Assembly: GCA_938002965.1 (NCBI GenBank)
Contig: CALKZY010000017.1
Span: 19,443-83,442 of the forward strand
DNA: 64,000 nucleotides
Source: an uncultured Acidimicrobiales bacterium
GTDB taxonomy: Bacteria; Actinomycetota; Acidimicrobiia; Acidimicrobiales; SZUA-35
Reading direction: 5' to 3'
A program made the translations under genes and the position numbers. The notes under the pieces are model-generated. The model saw only the letters and a program-made list of their open reading frames with translations, was not told the DNA's origin and did not search any database. Below, one piece after another: positions 1-9,134 of the stretch (its first letter is position 1; every line of letters begins with the position of its first letter).

Positions 1-49
1 ACCCAGAACATGACCGGGCGCCGCTCACGCATGGACGGGATGGTTGGAG

Positions 50-70
50 CGGCAACGGGTTGCCGTTTCT
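50..70 (+). terminator. possible intrinsic terminator (short GC hairpin followed by TTTCT)
   Basis: CGGCAACGGGTTGCCG (50-65) is self-complementary, giving an effective stem of about 5-6 bp. It is followed by TTTCT. It would serve a + strand gene ending upstream of the window. Confidence 0.3.
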
Positions 71-114
71 CCGGCCCCCCTCCAACACGACTGGTTCCCT
101 TCGGGCGAGCCATC

Positions 115-747
115 TTACTTCTTCACCACCAAGGTCTTGCCGATCTTGTCCCACGGTGTTTGACGCTGGTCGTCGGTAAACAACATGATCAGACCGGCGA
201 CGGCGATTATGAAGTTGGCCAGTGACCCGACAAAGCCAAGTACCGGAAGGGCGGAAAGGATGCCGACGGCAATGTAGAGATACATTCGCCGGGTTCCGGT
301 TTGGACGTCAGCAGGAGAGCCATCGGCGTTGACGACTTTGGTTCCCAAAGCCATCTTGCCGAGGGTGGCACCCTGGTTTCCAACCATGAAAATTTCGTAG
401 GCGGCAACCAACAGAGTCGACACGATGCCCGCAAGCAGAACCCTTATCACGCTGATGTCGGCCGAGTCACCGTTGGCCAATGCAAAACCGGCGGAGAAGG
501 TTCCAAAAATCCCGCCTACGATGCCACCGATGACGGCCCATACAATGCCGTCGATGATGCGAGCACCAATCCTCGCTCCAGGTTCGGCCAATGCACTACT
601 TGATGCAACGGACCCGCCGGCGCCGGATGCACCCGCTACTGGTTGGGGACCTCCGACCCATGCCGATCCGTCCCAGTAGCGCTGGGTTCCAGGGGGGTCG
701 CCCTGGGCGTAATACCAACCCGCTGGTTGCGTTGGGTAGTCAGTCAC
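115..747 (-). CDS. RDD-family membrane protein with N-terminal DUF2510-like W/Y-rich motif
   Basis: 210-aa ORF. The N-terminus PAGWYYAQGDPPGTQRYWDGSAWVG resembles DUF2510. RIGARIIDGIVWAVIGG plus several hydrophobic spans are typical of RDD proteins. Confidence 0.75.
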   Translation of the reverse strand: MTDYPTQPAGWYYAQGDPPGTQRYWDGSAWVGGPQPVAGASGAGGSVASSSALAEPGARIGARIIDGIVWAVIGGIVGGIFGTFSAGFALANGDSADISVIRVLLAGIVSTLLVAAYEIFMVGNQGATLGKMALGTKVVNADGSPADVQTGTRRMYLYIAVGILSALPVLGFVGSLANFIIAVAGLIMLFTDDQRQTPWDKIGKTLVVKK

Positions 748-1003
748 TGCGTTCTCTCCACGTCTTTTGCCCGGCTGCCAATCGGCGGCAATCCGAAATC
801 CACCTATTTCCCTAGTTCAAAGTCTACCTCAGCACGGGTACGTCCACCCGCTATAGGGTCTCTCAGCTCCACACCTGGGAGGCCAAAACCCACCCGTGTA
901 GGCTGATTGGACACCACCACGCCCGGTTGTCCACCCACCACCGATGGCGACGCCGCAAGTGCCAAGAACTTGAGCCGGGCCACGCCCGACCGATCGGAAG
1001 ACT

Positions 1004-2029
1004 ATGACGAAGACTATTCTCGTGACCGGCGGCGCCGGTTTTATCGGTAGCCACACCGCAGTCGAGCTGTTGCAACGCGATTATGACGTTGTAATCGCTG
1101 ACGACCTGTCCAACAGCTCGGCCAAAGCCATCGACGTCGTGTCGTCGCTCGGCGGCGGAGGCAATGTTGCCTTCCACAAAGTCGACCTGACCGACGAGTC
1201 CCTGGTGGCCGAACTGTTCGACGAGCACCCCATCGAGGCGGTTGTGCACTTCGCCGGCCTCAAGGCGGTGGGTGAATCGGTTGAGAAGCCCATCCATTAC
1301 TACCGAACGAATCTCATCTCCACGATGAACCTCCTGTCCCAGATGGCGAACCATCAGGTATGGGACTTTGTGTTCTCATCATCGGCCACCGTCTACGGGA
1401 CGCCGGAGCAGCTTCCGATTCCAGAAACAGCGCCAACCGGTGCCACTAACCCTTACGGGCGAACAAAGCTCATGATCGAAGAGATCTGTCAAGATCTCGC
1501 CGCAGCGGACGACCGCTGGCGGATGAGCCTCCTTCGGTACTTCAACCCCGTAGGCGCCCACGCTTCGGGGCAGTTAGGGGAGGACCCGCGCGGCATCCCC
1601 AACAATCTCGTCCCGTTTGTCATGCAGGTGGCGGTCGGCCGTCGCGACAAGCTACAGGTTTTCGGTGGCGACTGGGACACTCACGACGGATCAGGCGTCC
1701 GCGATTACATTCATGTGGTTGATCTGGCCGCTGGGCACCTCGCGGCGCTGGAGACACTCAGCGAAGGGTGCGAGGCGTACAACCTTGGAACCGGCAACGG
1801 GTCTTCGGTTCTGGACATCATCAGTACCGCCGAACAGGTCAGCGGCAAGTCGATTCCCTATGACATTGTCGAGCGCCGCTCGGGCGACATCGCCACCTCA
1901 CTGGCCGATCCTTCCAAGGCCAACCAGGAGCTCGGATGGCGAGCCGACCGAAATCTCGAAGCAATGCTCACCGATTCCTGGCGTTGGCAGTCCATGAATC
2001 CGATGGGCTTCGCCGATAGCAGCGACTAG
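1004..2029 (+). CDS. galE: UDP-glucose 4-epimerase
   Basis: 341 aa with the Rossmann motif VTGGAGFIGSH. The catalytic region NPYGRTKLMIEE (YxxxK) and DYIHVVDLA fit, and the length is typical of GalE. Confidence 0.93.
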   Translation: MTKTILVTGGAGFIGSHTAVELLQRDYDVVIADDLSNSSAKAIDVVSSLGGGGNVAFHKVDLTDESLVAELFDEHPIEAVVHFAGLKAVGESVEKPIHYYRTNLISTMNLLSQMANHQVWDFVFSSSATVYGTPEQLPIPETAPTGATNPYGRTKLMIEEICQDLAAADDRWRMSLLRYFNPVGAHASGQLGEDPRGIPNNLVPFVMQVAVGRRDKLQVFGGDWDTHDGSGVRDYIHVVDLAAGHLAALETLSEGCEAYNLGTGNGSSVLDIISTAEQVSGKSIPYDIVERRSGDIATSLADPSKANQELGWRADRNLEAMLTDSWRWQSMNPMGFADSSD

Positions 2030-2051
2030 CCCGCCGGTCGGCCGGACACCT

Positions 2052-2966
2052 CTAGAGGGCGAGAACCTCGTGGCGGGTTGGTAACGAAGCCTGAGCCCCA
2101 ACCTTGGTAACGGCACCGGCAGCTACCCGCACAGCCCAGGCCACCGCCTGCCTTGGGTCGCCTGAAGTCAGCAGACCGTCGGCAAACCCGGCACAGAACG
2201 CATCTCCGGCCGCAGTTGTGTCGACTGCGGCTACCTCAACCGCTGGGACGAAATGTGATCCATCAGCGTCGACCACAACCGCACCATCGGCACCCAAGGT
2301 CACAATGACCGCCTTTAGGCGGCTATTGCGGCCGAGCACTCGTCTCGCCTGCGCGACGAGTTCATCGGTGTCGCCCGCCGTGTCACCGTTGTCGAGGGCA
2401 GCCAACTCATGTCGATTCGGTACGACAAAGTCGGCCCCTGCGACCGCAACCTGCGCCGAATCACCTGACACGGTCGGAGCCGGATTGACAACGACGACGG
2501 CCGACGGGGCCAACTTCGGCAGGTGTCCGATGAGTTCAACCGGCGTCTCGAATTGGGTCAGCACCACCTCGGCCGATCCGAGCACGTCGTTGGCCGCCAT
2601 CAACCCCTCGTAGCCAAGTGCTCCGTTAGCACCGGCAACCACCACAATCCGGTTTTCGCCTGAAGCGTCAACTTCGATTAGAGCTGTACCCGTCGGATTG
2701 TCCGGGTCAATCCCAACGGTTTCCACCGACACCTCGGCGTCTCGGAGATCACGTAGGAGACGGCGTCCCGCGTCGTCGTCACCAACTGCTCCGATCATTG
2801 CCACACTTCGGCCAAGACGGGCCGCTGCCACCGCCTGGTTGGCACCTTTGCCGCCGCCGCCGGATACGAGGTCGGTCCCGACCACTGTCTCGCCCGGGTC
2901 GGCGAAACGATCGACTCGCACCGAAAGATCCAGGTTCAAGCTGCCGAGCACCACAATCTCGGCCAT
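2052..2966 (-). CDS. rbsK: ribokinase (PfkB family)
   Basis: Motifs VLGSLNLDL, GGGKGANQAVAAARLG and DTTAAGDAFCAGF are present. Start is set at ATG 2966 (MAEIVVLGS). The longer ORF to 3101 overlaps the upstream gene, whose stop is 1 nt away. Confidence 0.85.
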   Translation of the reverse strand: MAEIVVLGSLNLDLSVRVDRFADPGETVVGTDLVSGGGGKGANQAVAAARLGRSVAMIGAVGDDDAGRRLLRDLRDAEVSVETVGIDPDNPTGTALIEVDASGENRIVVVAGANGALGYEGLMAANDVLGSAEVVLTQFETPVELIGHLPKLAPSAVVVVNPAPTVSGDSAQVAVAGADFVVPNRHELAALDNGDTAGDTDELVAQARRVLGRNSRLKAVIVTLGADGAVVVDADGSHFVPAVEVAAVDTTAAGDAFCAGFADGLLTSGDPRQAVAWAVRVAAGAVTKVGAQASLPTRHEVLAL

Positions 2967-2967
2967 A

Positions 2968-3984
2968 TCAGGCTCTGGCGTGCGAGCCGAGCTCGTCGAG
3001 GGCGTTGACCACCAACCGGCGCACTTCGCCGGCATCAAGGCGAGCGCAATGGCGAACCGGGTGAAAGACCCCGGCATCATCCCATGGGATGCCGGTATCA
3101 AGCGCCGAACGACGGAACCGGGTGTCGACCACTGTCATGCCCCTCGTCAGAGCTCCTCGGAGCTCGACCCCGACCGGACGCTCGACCATATCGAACAATT
3201 CCGGATGCGTTGCCGCCAACACTGCGCAGGGATCGTGTAGTCCCCCAATTCGCCGACCGCCGATGGCCTCGACTCGATCCAAATAGCTCGTAAAAAGATC
3301 CGCCACCACACCAGCCCCAGGGTTCACGGGTCGGCCCGCCTCGGTACCGGTTAATGCTCGAATGTCAGCGACCAAAGCGTCATCAACCACAAGCTGGCTG
3401 GTCAGGTCAAGGCCGCACATTCTGATCTCGGCCCCACACTCGAGTACAACGGCCAGCGCTTCAGGGTCGGCAAGGGCATTGAACTCGGCTGCCGCCGTTC
3501 GATTTCCGCCTAAGGCCGAACCCCCCATAAAGCTGATGCCGGCCAAGCGGTCGGCCAAGTCAGGAGCGCGTCGCAAAGCGGTAGCGATATTGGTTGCAGG
3601 GCCGATTGGGATCAGCCACAGTCCCTCTTCAGACCTCACTGTCTCAATCAAATACTCGACCGCATGAGTCGCCTCGGGCTCTTTCGTCAACTCCGGAAGG
3701 GACGGTCCGTCAAACCCGCTAGCACCGTGGATCTCCGGTGCGTGCAACGGCTCCGCTTCGAGGGGTCGTGCCTGCCCGACGTAAACCGGGACATCAAGGC
3801 CAAACAATTGGCAGGTCAACAGGGCGTTTCGGGTAACGTCGGCCAGCGGCGCATTGCCTCCAACGGTGGTGATTCCAATTAGCTCGCCATAATGACCGGC
3901 AACCACCAATGCCACAGCATCGTCCTGGCCCGGGTCGCAGTCGACGATGAGACGGGGCCTGTTTTGGTCCCCCAAGCCTGTCAT
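2968..3984 (-). CDS. inosine/uridine-preferring nucleoside hydrolase
   Basis: 338 aa. LIVDCDPGQDDAVAL matches the DxDxxxDD nucleoside hydrolase signature. The gene is immediately followed by ribokinase, a salvage gene pair. Confidence 0.85.
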   Translation of the reverse strand: MTGLGDQNRPRLIVDCDPGQDDAVALVVAGHYGELIGITTVGGNAPLADVTRNALLTCQLFGLDVPVYVGQARPLEAEPLHAPEIHGASGFDGPSLPELTKEPEATHAVEYLIETVRSEEGLWLIPIGPATNIATALRRAPDLADRLAGISFMGGSALGGNRTAAAEFNALADPEALAVVLECGAEIRMCGLDLTSQLVVDDALVADIRALTGTEAGRPVNPGAGVVADLFTSYLDRVEAIGGRRIGGLHDPCAVLAATHPELFDMVERPVGVELRGALTRGMTVVDTRFRRSALDTGIPWDDAGVFHPVRHCARLDAGEVRRLVVNALDELGSHARA

Positions 3985-4027
3985 CCGACGGCCAGGGCTT
4001 GATCACAGGACGTGACTAGGCGAGCTT

Positions 4028-4318
4028 TCATCGTTTGCCGAGGAACTCGTAGATTTCCTTGCACTCGGGACACACCGGAAACTTCTTGGGGTCACGATTC
4101 GGTACCCACTTCTTGCCGCAGAGAGCGCGCACCGGAGTCCCTTCCACCGCAGCCGACAGGATCTTGTCCTTCTTGACATAGTGAGCGAACTTTTCATGAT
4201 CACCGTCGTCCAAGATCGGATCGCCAAGCTTTGGATCAACGATCTCCTCCACAATCGTTGACGGCCCAGGCGACGAGCTAACCGGTGACTGTTGGATTCC
4301 AGAAGTCAGAGAAGGCAC
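4028..4318 (-). CDS. DUF3039 domain protein
   Basis: 96 aa. KFAHYV...ALCGKKWVPNRDPKKFPVCPECKEIY matches the actinobacterial DUF3039 family from memory. GTG start with AGGA about 9 nt upstream. Confidence 0.75.
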   Translation of the reverse strand: MPSLTSGIQQSPVSSSPGPSTIVEEIVDPKLGDPILDDGDHEKFAHYVKKDKILSAAVEGTPVRALCGKKWVPNRDPKKFPVCPECKEIYEFLGKR

Positions 4319-4328
4319 AGCTTCATCC

Positions 4329-4364
4329 TAGAAGGGCCTGATACTAGAAGGGCCTGATACTAGA
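4329..4364. repeat. 16-bp tandem direct repeat (2.25 copies) in divergent promoter/5'UTR region
   Basis: TAGAAGGGCCTGATAC occurs at 4329-4344 and identically at 4345-4360, followed by a partial TAGA. The repeat lies 11-46 nt upstream of the DUF3039 start. Confidence 0.8.
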
Positions 4365-4499
4365 TGAGCCCCGTACTGCAACGGCACATACGGTGGAGGC
4401 GCCGATGGCCCACACCTATGATCGACAGGGGCTGGCACAATTACTGCCCCGTCACCGACGCCAAGACAACCGTCAACCGCTACCAAGAGGAATCGCCAG

Positions 4500-4961
4500 A
4501 TGCTGGAACCAGGAACCGAGGCCCCGGACTTCACCGCCATGGGCAACAATGGCGAGAAACAGACGCTTTCTGACCTCCGAGGGTCCTGGGTTCTGCTGTG
4601 GTGGTATCCAAAGGCAGCGACTCCCGGTTGAACGATGGAAGCAGACGGCCTGCGTGATCAGGCCAAGCAGTTCGACGATGCGGGCGCCAAGATTCTCGGG
4701 ATCTCATACGACAGCCCTGAAGACAACAATGCATTCCACCAAGACCGCTGTCTTCCATTTCCCTTGCTATCAGACAGCGATCGATCGATTGGCGCGGCCT
4801 ACGGTGCCCAGCGCGGGCCAGACGAGGCCTTCGCCGACTTCCCTAAGCGGGTCAGCTATCTGATCGATCCTGACGGCGTGATCCTCAAGGCATACGAAGT
4901 CGACGACCCAGCGGGACATGGGGCAGAGGTGTACGCCGACCTGCAGGCAGCGCTGCGCTGA
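4500..4961 (+). CDS. bcp: Bcp/PrxQ-type peroxiredoxin with in-frame UGA (predicted selenocysteine) at the peroxidatic position
   Basis: ATG 4500 has AAGAGGAA 9 nt upstream. Translation gives MLEPGTEAPDFT...LLWWYPKAATPG-TGA(4629-4631)-TMEADGLRDQ..., continuous with the listed ORF 4635..4961. It aligns to E. coli Bcp YPKAMTPGCTVQACGLRD (from memory) with TGA at Cys45. Total is 153 codons, the typical Bcp length. Confidence 0.8.
4647..4664 (+). other. candidate bacterial SECIS hairpin for the peroxiredoxin UGA
   Basis: GGCCTG-CGTGAT-CAGGCC forms a 6-bp stem with a 6-nt loop containing GU. It starts 16 nt after the TGA at 4629. Confidence 0.4.
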
Positions 4962-4979
4962 GACGCCCTCTAGCGGCAG

Positions 4980-5594
4980 TCAGTGGATGAGGGCTACACC
5001 ATCGAGTGCTGGCCCAGGCACCGGCACTGGCCAAACCCCAGACGGCAACACCAAATGGGTCATGGCGACGTCGTGGGAGTCGGTCGGCAGTTTATCGACA
5101 AGGTGTCCCCCGGCGATACCGAGGAAGTCCGGCTGCAATCGATTCGTCGACGTGAGGCGAGCTAAGAAGCGGTCGTAGTAGCCTTTGCCGCGCCCCAACC
5201 GGTTCCCGGTGCGGTCAAACCCTAGAGCGGGGACAAGGACCGCACCGATGTCGCCGTCGTCGATCTGAGGGGCATCAGCGCACGGCTGCATGTACCCGTA
5301 GCGATGACGCTTCATCGGACCACCGAAGGGGTGAACAGTCAGGGCATACCCCTCATCGGGTGTCCGGGTGACGGCAAACCTTGAGTGGGGCGTCGGGTGG
5401 CTGGACATGACCTCGCTCAGATTGACCTCTTCGGGCAAGGCATCGTAGACAACGACCCGCTGGTCGGCCGGCACCTCGGCTGCCAAATAGTCGCTGACCA
5501 GCCGACAGATGCGGCTACTGGCCGCTCCCTCAACCTCTTCGAGTTCAGCCGATCGGAGTCGGTTGCGCCATGTCAACTTGCGGTCGCCAGTCAT
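4980..5594 (-). CDS. 5-formyltetrahydrofolate cyclo-ligase
   Basis: The C-terminal 204 aa of the 334-aa ORF carry GAVLVPALGFDRTGNRLGRGKGYYDRFL, the MTHFS signature. Start is moved to ATG 5594 because the upstream extension overlaps the divergent M20 gene. Confidence 0.8.
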   Translation of the reverse strand: MTGDRKLTWRNRLRSAELEEVEGAASSRICRLVSDYLAAEVPADQRVVVYDALPEEVNLSEVMSSHPTPHSRFAVTRTPDEGYALTVHPFGGPMKRHRYGYMQPCADAPQIDDGDIGAVLVPALGFDRTGNRLGRGKGYYDRFLARLTSTNRLQPDFLGIAGGHLVDKLPTDSHDVAMTHLVLPSGVWPVPVPGPALDGVALIH

Positions 5595-5663
5595 TTCGGC
5601 TCGCCTCCCGTTGTGGATCCGTCCAAGACTGCGTCTGGGGTTCGGAGCGTCTAACGTACATCC

Positions 5664-6842
5664 ATGGCAAACGATTCCGGCTCCCCCAACGGCAACCACC
5701 CTCGAAGCGCATCGCTCCTTAGCGAGCTTATTCAGATCAACAGTGTGAATCCCGATCAGGCGGGTCCGAAGTCCGGCCCAGGGGGCGAAGAGGAGCTGGC
5801 CAACTGGGTGGCTGACGCAAGCCGTGAACTCGGCGGCGACGTGACAGTTGACGACCTGGAGCCGGGAAGGCCGAACGTGTACGCCTACTTCGAAGGAACC
5901 ACCGACAAGACGGTGCTCATCGACGTCCACCTCGACACCGTTGGTGTCGAGCACATGACCGATGCGCCGTTCGATGGCCGCCACGAGGAAGGTCGAATCT
6001 GGGGTCGAGGCAGTGTGGATACCAAAGCCACTTTTGCCGTCGTCCTCGACCTCTTAGCCGCGCTTGGAGATGAAGATCTTGCGCTGCGACCGAACCTGAT
6101 TCTGGCTGGGACCGTAGGCGAGGAAGCGGGCGGATTTGCCGGTGCCTACCGCCTCGAAGAGTGGCTGGGCTCCGGTCGCGCTCATCCCGATCAGATCGTT
6201 GTAGCCGAGCCGACACTGTGCGCCCCGGTCTACGGGCACAAGGGTGGCCTCGGACTAGCCATTGCCGTGCGGGGCGAGGCGGCACACTCATCGAAACCTG
6301 AGTTGGGACGCAACGCCATCGTGGCCGCGGCCCGAGTGATCACCGCTTTGGAAGGCGAGCACCACCGGCTGACAAGTGAAGAAGCGGCCACGGAGGTCGG
6401 CAATGGCACCCTGGCGGTGACGACGGTCAACGGTGGTCTGGCCCCCAACATCATTCCAGACCGTTGCGAGATACAGGTAAACCGTCGAATCGCTCCCGGT
6501 GAAAACACCGAAACCATGTTGCCGAACCTTGAAGATCTGATCCGACAAGCCGCTCACCCAGAAGAGGTGGACATCGAGTTGACCTACGGCAAGGTTTTCC
6601 AGGCCTTCTACCGAGATGCCACCACCTCGTTGGTCACGGAGTTGGCCGAGCTGAGCAGCGAGGACGGCGCAGTAGCGGCATACGGCACCAACGCCGTCGC
6701 TTACGACCACCTTCCGTCTGACATCGTCGTCTTTGGACCCGGATCGATCGATCAGGCGCACAAGGCCCAGGAGTGGGTTGACGTTTCGGAGCTAACCAAG
6801 GCCGGCCAGATCTACCGGCAGTGGCTGACGGCAAGTCAATAG
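5664..6842 (+). CDS. M20 family metallopeptidase (ArgE/DapE-like deacylase)
   Basis: 392 aa. Features include LIDVHLDTV, GRGSVDTKA, AGTVGEEAGG and a C-terminal GPGSIDQAHKAQEWV, typical of ArgE/DapE/CPG2-type enzymes. Confidence 0.8.
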   Translation: MANDSGSPNGNHPRSASLLSELIQINSVNPDQAGPKSGPGGEEELANWVADASRELGGDVTVDDLEPGRPNVYAYFEGTTDKTVLIDVHLDTVGVEHMTDAPFDGRHEEGRIWGRGSVDTKATFAVVLDLLAALGDEDLALRPNLILAGTVGEEAGGFAGAYRLEEWLGSGRAHPDQIVVAEPTLCAPVYGHKGGLGLAIAVRGEAAHSSKPELGRNAIVAAARVITALEGEHHRLTSEEAATEVGNGTLAVTTVNGGLAPNIIPDRCEIQVNRRIAPGENTETMLPNLEDLIRQAAHPEEVDIELTYGKVFQAFYRDATTSLVTELAELSSEDGAVAAYGTNAVAYDHLPSDIVVFGPGSIDQAHKAQEWVDVSELTKAGQIYRQWLTASQ

Positions 6843-6958
6843 CCCCGCTGGGCCGCTGAAGCGTGGGATATTTCGCCCGTCGCCCACGGGACGAGATGGA
6901 ATGCCGGTAGAAACATAGACAGGCAAGTTGTGCCGCCAACACCTATCTTCCGGACGCT

Positions 6959-7420
6959 ATGAATCCTTCAAGCCCAGCAGATGCTCGAAATCGGGGCCGT
7001 TTTTGGTTGGCCCTGTCCCTGTCATCGGTTACCGCGCTTGCGGTGACGGTTCCACTGGCGTTCCGAGCGGCCGACGCCGGCCAGCAAGATGATCCGGCCA
7101 CGGGAGAAGTCACAACGCCACTGGCCGATATTGTCGAGCCCGAACCGACCGAGGACTCGATCGTCACTGATTCCGGCGTGACCTCGACGACCTTGTCGCC
7201 GTTGATCATCGACAAACGCCAATCCGTCGACGCCGACCTGGTGATTCGCTCCGGCACCTTGACCCCAGCAAGGCCGGCGCCAACCACGACAACCGTTGTT
7301 CAGACAATCTCAACCGAGTCGCTTCCCGAATCAACGACGGTCCCCGAGGGGTCGACGACGTCGACAACCGCAGCTGCAGCTGACCAATCTGGCTCCGACT
7401 CAGGCGCAGACGGCGGCTAG
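6959..7420 (+). CDS. hypothetical secreted Thr-rich protein
   Basis: 153-aa ORF with a signal-peptide-like N-terminus (RGRFWLALSLSSVTALAVTVPLAFRA) and a Thr/Ser-rich tail. No recognisable family. Confidence 0.45.
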   Translation: MNPSSPADARNRGRFWLALSLSSVTALAVTVPLAFRAADAGQQDDPATGEVTTPLADIVEPEPTEDSIVTDSGVTSTTLSPLIIDKRQSVDADLVIRSGTLTPARPAPTTTTVVQTISTESLPESTTVPEGSTTSTTAAAADQSGSDSGADGG

Positions 7421-7458
7421 TCGGCCAGATCGTAGATCGAGGCGGTGGAGCGCTCAGA

Positions 7459-8832
7459 CTATTGGGCGTTTAGAACGCCAAGTTTCTGCTTGAGACGCAG
7501 GACCCGCTCGACCGATGCATCGAGCCGCTCTACCGGAAGCTCACCTGAAGCCACTGCAGCCACCAGCGCGTCGGCTGACGAGACGAGGTCAGCGGGCTGA
7601 AGCAGCACGTCAGCCCCGGCGTTGACGGCCCCGACGGCCAACTCGCCTGCCTCAAAGGCATTCACGCCACCCATATTGAGGGCATCGGTCATAACAACAC
7701 CGTCGAATCCGAGTTCACCTCGAAGAAGATCTTGGATTAGTACCGGGGAAACGGTCGCCGGGTCGCCGGTGCTGTCGAGATTCGGCATGACGAGATGGCC
7801 GACCATAATAATCTCAACGCCTTGGGCAATGGCGGCATCAAACGGGACCCGATCTCTCTGCTCCCAGTCTTCTCTCGAGACGTTGATGGAAGGAAGCCCT
7901 TCGTGGCTGTCATCCACCGTGCCACCGTGGCCCGGCCAGTGCTTCGCTGCCGCGGCCACGCCAGCCCGTTGCAGACCGGTTATTGATGCTCCGACCATGT
8001 TGGCAACGAGCTGAGGATCATCGCCGAACGACCGTTGATCCAAGAAACCCGCACCGCCGGGCAACAAGACATCGGCTACCGGCGCGAGGACTACGTTGAT
8101 CCCCTGTTGCTGTACCTGCTGGCCGGTGACGTACGCCGCTTCAGTGACGGCCTCGATGTCTCCGGATAGCACGCCGGGGGCGGGGTAGGCCGAGACCTGG
8201 TCGGTCACCCGACTAACCTTGCCTCCCTCTTGGTCCACCGCGATCAGCAGCCCGAGGTTCCCATCAGATGCCTCAGCGTCCCGCAGCTCTTTCGATAGCA
8301 GTCGGAGTTGTTCGGCCGTCTGGACGTTGTCTTCTTGATAGAGCACTCCACCAAGGTGATACTCACGAATGATGTCGACCGCGTTCTCGACACCGGCAAA
8401 CCTGGCGTTCTGGCGAGCGGTGCCCGGGGAGTCCGCTACTCCGGCTGTTCCGAACAGCACTGGCATCAGTAGCTGTCCAACTTTTTGCTCAACCGTCATT
8501 TGCGACATGATCGACTGGATCTGCTGCTCCACTGCCGCTGCTTGGTCGGAGGCATTCGCCGAGACTGCAATCAGTTCCGGTTCAGTGGTGGTGGTAGCCG
8601 CAGTAGCTTCGACGGCCTGCTCCGCGCCATCGCTTGCGCCATCAGACCCGGCCACATCCGACAGGAGGTCAGATGCTCCCGAACATGATGCCACCAGTGA
8701 TGCAAAGGCCACGAGAAGCATCGTCATGACACAATTGCGGCGAGCAGCGGGCAAATCAACGCGGCAGTTCACAACGCCGGTCTGTGGGCCGTCCTCACTG
8801 ACGGTGGGAGATTTGCTGCTGAAGTCTGTCAT
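7459..8832 (-). CDS. glycoside hydrolase family 3 (NagZ-like beta-N-acetylhexosaminidase), lipoprotein
   Basis: GH3 N-terminal domain features are KVGQLLMPVLFG, AVDQEGGKVSR and KHWPGHGGT. Lipobox is LVASC. The start is uncertain (ATG 8832 or 8727; the ORF extends to 8988). Confidence 0.8.
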   Translation of the reverse strand: MTDFSSKSPTVSEDGPQTGVVNCRVDLPAARRNCVMTMLLVAFASLVASCSGASDLLSDVAGSDGASDGAEQAVEATAATTTTEPELIAVSANASDQAAAVEQQIQSIMSQMTVEQKVGQLLMPVLFGTAGVADSPGTARQNARFAGVENAVDIIREYHLGGVLYQEDNVQTAEQLRLLSKELRDAEASDGNLGLLIAVDQEGGKVSRVTDQVSAYPAPGVLSGDIEAVTEAAYVTGQQVQQQGINVVLAPVADVLLPGGAGFLDQRSFGDDPQLVANMVGASITGLQRAGVAAAAKHWPGHGGTVDDSHEGLPSINVSREDWEQRDRVPFDAAIAQGVEIIMVGHLVMPNLDSTGDPATVSPVLIQDLLRGELGFDGVVMTDALNMGGVNAFEAGELAVGAVNAGADVLLQPADLVSSADALVAAVASGELPVERLDASVERVLRLKQKLGVLNAQ

Positions 8833-9134
8833 CACGGATTTCGCTGGTCGATACACGATCGGGTCCCACATGAATCTGTCTCGGTTACATGTGGGCACGG
8901 GCACTCCGGGCGAGCGAACGTAGTTGATCACTCCCGCCGACGGCAACCACACACCGGGTGGTAACGAGACCAACGCACTCAAGGTCACGTCATCGTGTTA
9001 GCCGACACCTATGAGCGTAGGATTTCTCGTCGCCAACGGGGCTCATAGTTCCGAAAAAGTAGGGAGGTTGTGAAAAATGTGACCGATTCTTTCCGAATTC
9101 TGAGATGGCTCGGGCCGCAGGATAAAGTTCCCCC

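Noticed and set aside
4629-4631. The TGA in the peroxiredoxin interpreted as a simple nonsense mutation or pseudogene.
   Set aside because: The stop falls exactly on the catalytic Cys codon, both flanks stay in frame and well conserved, and a hairpin follows. The same window carries a Sec-type selD. The pseudogene reading remains the fallback if selABC are absent from the genome.
5595-5984. Full 334-aa version of the 5-formyltetrahydrofolate cyclo-ligase ORF. The same applies to other over-long ORFs: 2967..3101, 8833..8988, 22702..22773, 23783..23854, 25398..25568, 39417..39539, 46617..46745 and 51496..51582.
   Set aside because: The extensions overlap neighbouring genes or lack family similarity. 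Internal starts give proteins of canonical length, often with a visible RBS or an ATGA/GTGA coupling.
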